A stretch of 64,000 nucleotides of DNA. Origin: the human T2T-CHM13v2.0 reference genome, Homo sapiens. The position numbers and the translations under genes were made by a program. The stretch lies in the NCBI RefSeq assembly GCF_009914755.1, contig NC_060948.1. One strand, given 5' to 3'. Below are positions 1 through 9,479 of the stretch, piece by piece (position 1 is the stretch's first letter; each line of letters begins with the position of its first letter). The notes below the pieces were generated by a model. It made no database searches. It was not told the origin of the DNA and saw nothing but the letters and a program-made list of their open reading frames with translations.

Positions 1-50
1 GGTCAAAAGGCCTCTCAGTTCCCAGCCCTTCCCAGCCCTAGGCTGCTCGC

Positions 51-2627
51 CTGGCCTCCTCTCTGTTCCGCCTCTAGGGCTGACCCTCTCTCCATGGGAT
101 AGAACTGCAATGGATTGAGCCATAGGCCCTGGCTGATGATCTAGGTGACTGCAGAAGTGGGTCCAGGACAGTTCAGGTGACAGTTCAAAGCCAATTCCCC
201 AGAGACCAAGGAATGGCCAGCTAGGTCCTTTCCCATGATGCCCCACGGCGAACCCCACCTCAGCAATCCTGCCAAAACCCGGGCAGTCATGTTCAGCCAA
301 ACAGCTGAATGAGCTCAGGTAGGAGGTGTACTGCCTGCAGCTGGAGGCTTGACCTTCGTGATCCCAGAACCGCTGGACTGCAGTGGAATGAGACACCCTG
401 TAGCCTGCAGGGAGAGGAGTCAGGAAGGTTCATGCCAGTCCCACCCTCCCACACACCAGCTCCCCTACCATGCTGGGAGGCATTCCTTACCGAGGATGCC
501 AACACAGTGCTCCTTCATGATGATTTCACTGTGGAAATAAAGGTTGGGATGAAAGGAAATCATCCTGCCACCGGTAACCGGGATGGCTGAGTTCCTCCAC
601 CTGCCGGATCAAGGAGAAAGAGGATGGATTCAATGGGACCATCTCAACTAGCCGGGCTGAGGTGGCCTACTAGCTGTAGTGAACCATGAGTTTCCCCTTC
701 CCAGCTCTCCCACTGAGACAACCCTGGTCCCCAGGGGGACCTCAAACTGACTCAGACACTGGACTCCTCCCACAGACCCAGGCTCCCCAGCCTGACCTGC
801 AAATCCATCACGTAGCAAAGCAGGACTTCCGCATGCTTTCCGACCCACGCCGACATCTCGTGTGCCAAACAATCTACCTCTGCGCAAGAACTCTCCAGAG
901 GATTGGGTGGGCAAGCCTCGTGACGCCTTGCAATTTCGCAAGAACACAGACAATGTGGAACAGGGCCATCTCCCAGACATTTGGCCAGTCACCCTTCATT
1001 GTTGGCCCTCTATCTCTGTCTGGCGAGGAGGCAACGCCACAACTGTGGTGGTTTTTGGAGTGGGTGGACCCCGGCCAAGACGGCCTGGGCTGACCAGAGA
1101 CGGGAGGCAGAAAAAGTGGGCAGGTGGTTGCAGCTGAGGGACGGGAGGGACCGGGGGTGGTGTGAGGCGGCTGCTTCTCTGGGTTTCTGAGATGCAGGAG
1201 GCCTTTGTGTGCTGGGTGCTGGACATGCTCCGCTGATGTCCGGGTGTGTGGTGTCCTCTTATCCTAGTCTCCCTGAGGGGTGGGCCTGTCCACCTGAGGG
1301 AAGCCTTGTAGTTAGAAGCCACAGCAGGGTCGTGCCTGGCGCTCTCCAAGGGAATTGCGTGGGTCCAGAGGAAGTTATACAGGCTCAGGGCCTACACGCC
1401 TTTGAGTGCAGCGCCTGCAGTTGGATGAATGCGCATCTGCGGAGCTGGTGCCCGCCGTCAGGTGGTCGGCAGCCCCATGCGCCGCGAACCCGTCTTAAGC
1501 ACCTTGTGTTTCTGGGGTGAGCCTGCTGGAAACAGGCACCGAGAGCAGGGGTGGTTCAATGGCTGGTAATGGCATACAGATTCCCCGTCCTCCAGGGACG
1601 TTCCCAGGGAAACGCGTCCTTCGAATTTGGGCTGTGCGCAAAGGGACCTTGGCGCCGCGATTCTCCCTTGTCAGTGCTGGCCCTGGCTCCCCTTCCCTAC
1701 CACGTGCTCCCAGGGCTGCTACAAGCGAGCTGCCCTCACAGCTGCGGGAACGTGGCCTCGGCTCCCACGCTGTCCCCCATCCCCTGCCTCCTGGCTGACC
1801 CCACGTGCCTCCCACCTGGCTCCTCCCCCCAAACAGCCCCTATACCCCCCGAGGCCCGATGACTATCCCCTGCTGCCCGCCATCCCAAATCGGCAGCCGC
1901 AAGGATATGGCTCTGGCTCACAAGGCGGAGATGCTCTGTGGCCTGGGGCATTCACGGAGCCCAGCTCCAAGTGAAGGACCTCCAGCGAGTCCATTGACGG
2001 CCCCGGTGTGCTCGGTCCAGGGCCAGGCTGTGCCCGCTGGCCCTCCTTCTGCCACCCCACGTCGGGCTCCACCTCAACCACCACCTCCACCTCAGCCATG
2101 ATGTCTTCCACCTTCAGCACCGCCTCCTCTTCCAAGGCCGCCTCCTTGCTCTGTACCCCGGCCGTCCTCTCCAGCATTGCCTCCAGCCTGAACACGGTTT
2201 TCTCCTGGGTGCTCCCACAGACCCTGGGCCTGCGCAGCCCAGCCCAGCCCAGCCCATGCCCCGCACCCGTAGGCTCTGGGGGCCCGCTCCCCAGCAGACC
2301 CGCTCCCTGCAAGACCCACGGGCGTCGCCCTGCTGAGAACCTGGTCCCACACCTACGTGGACCCAGGTTTCCTGAGGAGCTCCGCTGGACCCGCAGATCC
2401 CGCACTGGCCAAAGGGCTCCGGTCCCCAGCAGGCTCAACTGCGCACAGGAGCTCGGGAGCCAGAGGCCCCGGCCCTGGGCTTGCAGAGCCCCACCAACAG
2501 GCACCGCAACCGCTGCTGCGGGTGCGGGAGCCTCTGGGTCGTCAAGGCAGCGCACAACAGCGTGCGCGCAGGCCGACAATGGCCAACCCTGGCGGCTGGC
2601 CTCTGGTGTGCCCAGGGCATAGGACAA
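51..2627 (-). pseudogene. FAM197Y: FAM197Y (CYorf16)-type locus: inverted, degenerate TSPY paralog head-to-head with TSPY
   Basis: Minus-strand segments homologous to TSPY: exon 1 (~2290-1922, [40 protein letters not shown]; 1631-1578, NVPG), exon 2 (873-797), exon 3 (600-491), exon 4 (404-259) and exon 5 (140-51). The symbol comes from knowledge that FAM197Y lies on the opposite strand in each unit. Transcript ends are not determined. Confidence 0.85.
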
Positions 2628-3800
2628 GAGGCCCTTTGGAATGCTCCTTGGAGTACAGCATCCTCAGGGAGGAAGCATGGTACTCGGAGCCTCTATTTGC
2701 CTCGACCTGTGAGAGTGTGTGCCGGGGCTCTGGCCTCTACAGCAGATCAATTCCACCTCAGCACCGGCAGGCGACTTTCCTCCCACGTGCCCGCCCCGAT
2801 CACTTCCCCCAGGACACCCCTGCCGCCCTAGCCCCAGCAACCAGAGAGAGTTCTCTGCATCTGCTGTATTACCTCCGTACCATCTACCTGGCCTGCCTAA
2901 CGAAGAGAGATGTTTCCTGTGTTCATGACACATAGAGATGTTCATGGCTTGCCACACTGAGGATGTCAGGGCACAGGGCTGCCATGCCCACAATTCCAAA
3001 GGCCACGCAGCCCGCGTGTGCCCGGATGCCTAGCTACCCGGCACAAGCTCCAAGGGCTTCTCGGAGGAGGCTTGGGCAGGGAAGGCGGGGGGTGGGGGGG
3101 CTGGAGATGCAGGCCCGCCAGTGGCTGTGCCGCCCAGGGAGACGCCCACCGCCCTCCCATTGACTGGCCACGACGGGAGGAAGTCGGCCTGGGTGCGGCC
3201 CCCCGGCCCTTCGCGCGCAGTCCCTTAGGGGGCGCCTGGAAGCCCGGCGCATGCGCCCTGAGGGCTCGCTGACCTACCGGGTGCCAGAGAGGCTGCGGCA
3301 GGGTTTCTGTGGCGTGGGTCGGGCAGCACAGGCCTTGGTGTGTGCGAGTGCCAAGGAGGGCACCGCCTTCAGGATGGAGGCTGTACAGGAGGGGGCGGCC
3401 GGGGTGGAGAGTGAGCAGGCGGCTTTGGGGGAGGAGGCGGTGCTGCTGTTGGATGACATAATGGCGGAGGTGGAGGTGGTGGCGGAGGAGGAGGGCCTCG
3501 TGGAGCGGCGGGAGGAGGCCCAGCGGGCACAGCAGGCTGTGCCTGGCCCTGGGCCCATGACCCCAGAGTCTGCACTGGAGGAGCTGCTGGCCGTTCAGGT
3601 GGAGCTGGAGCCGGTTAATGCCCAAGCCAGGAAGGCCTTTTCTCGGCAGCGGGAAAAGATGGAGCGGAGGCGCAAGCCCCACCTAGACCGCAGAGGCGCC
3701 GTCATCCAGAGCGTCCCTGGCTTCTGGGCCAATGTTGTATCCTTCTCAGTGTTTCTTCGGCCTTTCTAGTGGAGAGGTGCTCTCGGGGAAGTGTAAGTGA
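1400..3800. promoter_or_regulatory. CpG island / divergent promoter region shared by TSPY and FAM197Y
   Basis: GC- and CpG-dense stretch within otherwise CpG-depleted DNA. GC-box-like motifs (e.g. CCCGCCCC ~2790, GGCGGG ~3084) and no obvious TATA box upstream of ATG 3251. Boundaries estimated by eye. Confidence 0.75.
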
Positions 3801-5813
3801 CCGATGGGCAGCTCGGCGTCGATGTGACTCTTTGGGGAACAAAGGGGAGTTGCCACGGACCAGTGTGGCTGTGGAAAGCCGGAGCAGGCGTGGGTACTAT
3901 TGTCCTGCATGCGGCAGAGAAACCCTTGGTGATGCCGAGCAGCAGACGTTTGGGGCATCTTTTTGAAGAGCAGAAGCGAGTTCAGAGCGGAAGAGGTTTT
4001 TCAGTGAATGAAGCTATTTTTAAGGGAGTGTGATTGCTGCCCCTTGCTAGTCCGATCTGGGACTGGGCGTCTTCGGCTATAAGCAGATTCTGCCACTCCT
4101 CAGACACCAGCAAGTCTCTGCAAATCGCGCCTCCCCATGTCAGTGCAGTCAGCCTCAGAATCATACACCCTCTGTGAACACAGGAGGCCTTAGTTTACGG
4201 GGAGGGGGAGGCGAAAGGAGATCATACGTGGAAGCAGATCTGAGAAATCCCCTACCCCAGCCTCTGGGTGCTCTTAGGCCTTCTTCCCTGTTGCTCCTCG
4301 CTTTCCCTTCCATCGTGTGTAAAGTCTCTTTGACCTAAATCAGATTGCAAACCACCCCCAGATGTCAGCCCTGATCACTGACGAAGATGAAGACATGCTG
4401 AGCTACATGGTCAGCCTGGAGGTGAGGCCAGGAAGACTGGGGCTAGAGGGTTTAGCGGGGGAGGGTAAGGGAAATAATTCATTCCTGTAAGCAAGAGTGA
4501 GCACCTCACCCGAAAACCTATCTAAGCTTTCTCCACCTTGTCCTGACAGGTGGAAGAAGAGAAGCATCCTGTTCATCTCTGCAAGATCATGTTGTTCTTT
4601 CGGAGTAACCCCTACTTCCAGAATAAAGTGATTACCAAGGAATATCTGGTGAACATCACAGGTGACAGGTGGCTCCCAGGATGGGTAGTGGAAGGAAGAT
4701 GGTGGGTGGATCATTGCCAACGGGATCCAGCCCCCTTCCCACAAAAACTCCTGTCTCTGTAGAATACAGGGCTTCTCATTCCACTCCAATTGAGTGGTAT
4801 CCGGATTATGAAGTGGAGGCCTATCGCCGCAGACACCACAACAGCAGCCTTAACTTCTTCAACTGGTTCTCTGACCACAACTTCGCAGGATCTAACAAGA
4901 TTGCTGAGGTGAGTCCTCACTGGGAAACATGAGGAATGACCCCGTGTGTTCCCAGCTGCTTGGGTCACCTTTCTGAGCCCTGATGAGGCCTTTCCCGATT
5001 GAGTCCCCTGACAGATCCTATGTAAGGACCTGTGGCGCAATCCCCTGCAATACTACAAGAGGATGAAGCCACCTGAAGAGGGAACAGAGACGTCAGGTGA
5101 GCCGTTAGTTGGCACTGGAGCTGTTTGATGCCCAGTATAAGGGGGTTGACACACCTGCCTATTCAGGGAGCCTGGGTGCTCATTTCAGAAATGTAGAAAT
5201 TGAGGCTCCTTTCGTACATGTAGAAATTCCTTGAGAGGAAGACAGAGAGTGACAGAATCCAGGACGTTCATGGCATTGGGCTGAAAAGGCACGTTAGAGA
5301 CTGCACTGCAAAGCGGGTGATAGCTGTGGAGTCTTAAGCCCAGTGAAGAATCGTCCATTTCCAGAATCAATGAGAAGTAAAGCTGAAAATCATTCAGTTC
5401 AGTCTGTGGCACTTGATTCCACGGCTGTCAACCCCACCGGCAGTCATCCCACCAACCCCATGAGATTGGGCTCCCTGAATGTGCGTCCTGGTCATCCTTG
5501 CCCCAAACCACAAAGGACTGTTTAGATTGATGGATTTCCTTAAGCTGTTGCCCCATCAGACTTGTGTGTGCTTTTAGGGCCCAGTGCATCTTGTTAGCTG
5601 ACTCCCCTCACAGACAATACTGGGAATGGGGCAGGGATTGCGCAGAACAGTTTGTAACACGTGGTAGGAGGAAGTTTAAGGGATCACAAATGGGGAAGGG
5701 ATATCCTTTTCTCAGCGGGCCCCACAATTGAAACATTTCAAAGTATGGCTCAGAGAAAATGCGTTTTAACATGAGTTTGTGTTTCTCTAGGGGACTCCCA
5801 GTTGTTGAGTTGA
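3251..5813 (+). CDS. TSPY: Testis-specific Y-encoded protein (SET/NAP family), 308 aa, 6 exons
   Basis: Exons 3251-3736, 4344-4421, 4550-4661, 4763-4908, 5015-5096, 5791-5813, all with GT-AG introns. Total 927 nt = 308 aa + TGA: [18 protein letters not shown]...FWANV|[10 protein letters not shown]...|[12 protein letters not shown]...|[12 protein letters not shown]...|[14 protein letters not shown]...|GDSQLLS*. Carries L109 and E190. The paralog number cannot be assigned from the window. Confidence 0.97.
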
Positions 5814-5984
5814 ATATGATGGAGCATCAGATTTTACCTAATACAGCAGAACTCCTAAAAAGTTACAGCCATATGCAGGACGGCAGTACTCAGCATGGTC
5901 TTTATGCACAGGAACTAAAGGAAAAAGAGATCGAGTCACAAAAATTCAGGAAGAGGGGGTAAATGTGGATTGTATGGAATGAAA

Positions 5985-5990
5985 AATAAA
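5985..5990 (+). terminator. TSPY polyadenylation signal AATAAA
   Basis: Lies ~170 nt after the stop codon and is followed by a GT-rich downstream element. Confidence 0.85.
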
Positions 5991-6002
5991 CATTCTCAAG
6001 GA

Positions 6003-6038
6003 TGTGTGACTCTGTGTCTGTGTGTGTGTGTGTGTCTT

Positions 6039-6070
<32 letters not shown>
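6003..6070 (+). repeat. Interrupted (TG)n microsatellite just 3' of the TSPY poly(A) signal (copies ~26320-26387, ~46637-46704)
   Basis: Directly visible TG runs with TC/TT interruptions. Confidence 0.95.
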
Positions 6071-6073
<3 letters not shown>

Positions 6074-8729
6074 TTATCCACTTTATTCGGGTGTCATAAT
6101 GAATTGATCAATCCACGTGCTTTATTCTCTTCATGGAAATAACCAGTCTGCGTTGGAGCTGGGCCTCTAAAGTTGTAGAGTGAATGGGTGTGGGATGTGT
6201 TGGGATTCTTCCTACAGGACAGACTGGGAGAGGTAAAAGCAAAAGACAGCTTAGTTGGAGGCTGACTTCGTCCTATGGAAGCAGAGATAGTTCAAGGAAA
6301 GGGGTTACTGGGTTTCCAGGGCCCAGTTTGCTGGGACCTCCAAAATCCTTCATTTTGGGTATCATCATACACAGTAGCTAAGCACAGGATGATGGAAATC
6401 TTAAAGTTCGCTTTCGTGTTGAATCCACATGTTCTTTTAAAGGTGAATGCATGATCCTTTTCTGGGACAATCAGCCTCTCAGGACTTCTGAAACATCAAC
6501 GTGAGAAGAAATGGGCATGTAAGGTGTATGGAGGGACTGTGGGAAAGGTGACAGAGGCATGTGGGAAGGCATTCAGGATACGCTTTTGGCATAGATGACT
6601 AAGGGAAAACAGAAACTTACAGAAGTGAGGGGAAAGGGGGTGGATTAGTGGAATATAAGATTGTTGGAGAATCCATCCATGGACTCTCTTGTCACTTGAT
6701 GACCCAGGATATGGACACTCTTGTTGATGTTTACATCTTTAGTTGTTTTAAGCTTTTCTCCAAGATTCTGTGTTAGGTGAGGAGCCAATAACGTATGTAG
6801 CTAACAACAGTACGAGTGCATTTTGTGCTCTTGCAAAGTCTAGTGAGGCTCTATTCTCCCTCGTGATTGGCACTGCAGATTGTATCTGGTGCCCAGGGCC
6901 CCTAAATTTTCTGTGGCCTCTTCAGCATAGTTTGCCTAAGGTTTAGAACGTAAAGCGAATATAGTTGCGGAATATGTTTTGCAAGCCTCACACAGGAGGA
7001 CAAAACATACAGCTTTCATTCGCGAGTGGGAGGCTGCTTCCCAGGAACACGTGTGTCTGCACAAGACAAGGGGTTGCCTCTGTCAAGGATGGGGCAGGAG
7101 GATTTCAGTGTCGGAGGCAGAACTTTCTTTCCTGTTCCCAGATGAAACAGTTCCAACACGAGCATCCATGTTGACCACACGCTACTAGAGTGCTAACATT
7201 GCTGTCCCGTATAGACTCTGGTCAGCACAGCTTCTGTGAGAAGAGCTATGTTGTTTCAGGGAAGAGGGTTTGACAGTCAAAGTTCCTGAATCTGTTGTGG
7301 TGCCTGCAATATGCATTCTACACCTCCTGCTCGGTGTCAAAGCAGTTGAGCTTTGAAAATCTATCGCCTGGTTTTGTCCCTGCTCCTATGCAGACCTCTG
7401 AAGCTCTGGAGCGGGAGTCTTGTCCTCCTCTGACTACCGTCCCCCTGACCCACAAACACAGGAGAAACAGGTGTTCTAAGCAAATTATTCTGAAAACAGT
7501 CGGAACACTTTGGCCCCCTCAAGCTGCCCTCTATCCTACTGTGTGCATGTCAAAGACACTGTGGTCCAGTACGGTATCCCTATAGCGGCAATGGGGCAAC
7601 AGATTGGTGTGTGCACTCTGGGCAACTCAGATTAGGAAACGTCTGGGGACTTGCCTATAACGAGGTCGTCTTAAAACGTGTTGCCCCAAATTTAAGGCAT
7701 AGGAAAATGTTGAGGAAAGGGTCTTGCAATGATTTTTCTAGGAGGTAAATAGATAAGAAAATGACCGTAAATAGATGCCAGGGCTAGTTTTGGAGCTAGC
7801 CTGTTTTAAAGTGGTGGTAGGGGAGGAGCTTTTTCCAAGGCAGGTAGCAAACCAGGAACTGTCTACGATGGATGGGTGTGCCACGGGTTGGTGGCTCAGC
7901 CATATTGCCACCCCACCGAGTGAATGCAGCAGACTGGGCTTCTTCCTTGAATCCTACGTGCAATTCAGTCTAGTGATTTCACATGAGATCCCTTCTTCTG
8001 GTATTATCACAGATCGTGCTGAATTATACAGGCTGTGTAATGCTTCTTCCACTGAATATCCGTGCACGTGGGCCACAGATGCTAAGGGCACTGACAAATT
8101 TGCACCGTGCCTCAGTAACTCGGAAGCACATCTGTGATTTGTACCGACAGGGACTTGGTGTCTTTTCGTGTTTAAAGTAGCACGTGTGTGTTTGTGGTTG
8201 CATATGTTTATTTCTCTGTGCGGGTTTGTATATTTTCTCTGACTCCACCTGTGTCTCCGTGGTTCCGATATTTTTCCACACTCCCTGCGACAATTTGCAC
8301 ATGCCTATCTCTACAACCATTGTAGACTTTGTATCTGTGTCTTTGAACATCTGTCACTCTCTCTCCCTTCCTTTTTTCTTTTCCTTCCTTTACACCCCTT
8401 TCATCCTTCCCTTGCTTCCCCACCACACTCTCTCCATCTGTATCGTCTATCTTTCTATTCTCTATCTGGGTTTACTTTCTAATTCTGAATTCAAGGGCAT
8501 TGAATTGAAAAGAAGCACTCTTCGTACTTTTATGTGTTTTAACTCATTTGGGGAATTTGGCGTGGTATTATTTACAGGGTTCTCTCTGCCCTTTCTCATT
8601 GTTCTCCCCAGCCGGGGCTGTTATTATGTGAAAGCTGGTTTCCTTCATCACATCGCGTAGGCTCTAATGATGTTTCGTTTATTTTGATTCTCCTCACACT
8701 ACATAGTTTTAATTTACCTAATGTGACTG

Positions 8730-9032
8730 TTTTTTTGTTTGTTTTCCGAGAATGGGTCTTACTCTGTCTTCTAGGTTGGACAGCAGCCCCACGATCTCAG
8801 CCCACTGCAGCCCAGGCACCACACACCCATGTGATCCTGTCAACTCAGACTCTCACACACCTGGCAGTACAGGTGCATGCCACCCCTCCAAGCTATGTAT
8901 TAATTAACTAAATACTTACTTTTTGAATGTGGGTCCATGTTGCCCCAGGCTCATCTGGAACTCCTGAGTGCAGGCAATCCTCCCACCTCAGCTTATCAAA
9001 GTGCTGGGATGACAGGTGTGACCCATGGCCCT
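8730..9032 (-). mobile_element. Old, diverged Alu (AluJ-like), antisense
   Basis: T-rich tail, GGGTCTTACTCTGTC, CAATCCTCCCACCTCAGC and CAAAGTGCTGGGATGACAGGTGTGA match the Alu reverse complement. Confidence 0.85.
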
Positions 9033-9175
9033 GCCATGGCTTTGTGTTTTTTGCTTTTTTCTTCCTCCTCCTCACGTCTTGTTTTGAAACATGCACTGAA
9101 GGTTTCAATTCATGGACTGTAGTCTCTGTGCCTGGAATTTCTATCTTTCAACTCATCATCAGCATTCATTGGGAT

Positions 9176-9180
<5 letters not shown>

Positions 9181-9228
<48 letters not shown>

Positions 9229-9340
9229 AGAATACCTATGTACACACATATATATGTATATACATGTATATACGTATATATGCACATTTATATACGTATA
9301 TACATGTATATACGTATATATATACATGTACACATATGTA
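9181..9340. repeat. (TA)n microsatellite plus degenerate TA/CG/CATG palindromic tract (copies ~29500-29659, ~49817-49970)
   Basis: (TA)20 at 9181-9220, followed by TATATACATGTATATACGTATATA motifs. Confidence 0.95.
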
Positions 9341-9479
9341 TTTATTTCTCAAGTTACGAAACGGCTTGCATTCTTTCCTGTGTCATGAAAAAGACTTTGC
9401 TAGAAAAGAAAAGCACTGCTTTATAATAAAATATTTTATTTGCATTTATTTTGTTAAGGCATTTTAAAAATTGTATGTT

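Noticed and set aside
1863-2627. 254-aa minus-strand ORF as a stand-alone protein
   Set aside because: It starts at TTG, not ATG. Only its central-to-distal part resembles TSPY exon 1 and the tail runs past the probable donor at 1921. It is treated as part of the FAM197Y paralog model.
2966-3682. Long antisense and overlapping ORFs in the CpG island (e.g. 238 aa, 204 aa, 192 aa)
   Set aside because: Expected from stop-codon scarcity in GC-rich DNA and as shadows of TSPY-like codons. No recognisable homology.
3737-3769. ORF-track C-terminus [10 protein letters not shown] of TSPY
   Set aside because: This is read-through into intron 1 (donor GTATCC at 3737).
8927-9467. ORFs with YIYIYI / HTHT / CVCV runs (also 18911-19244)
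   Set aside because: These are translations of microsatellites and Alu sequence.
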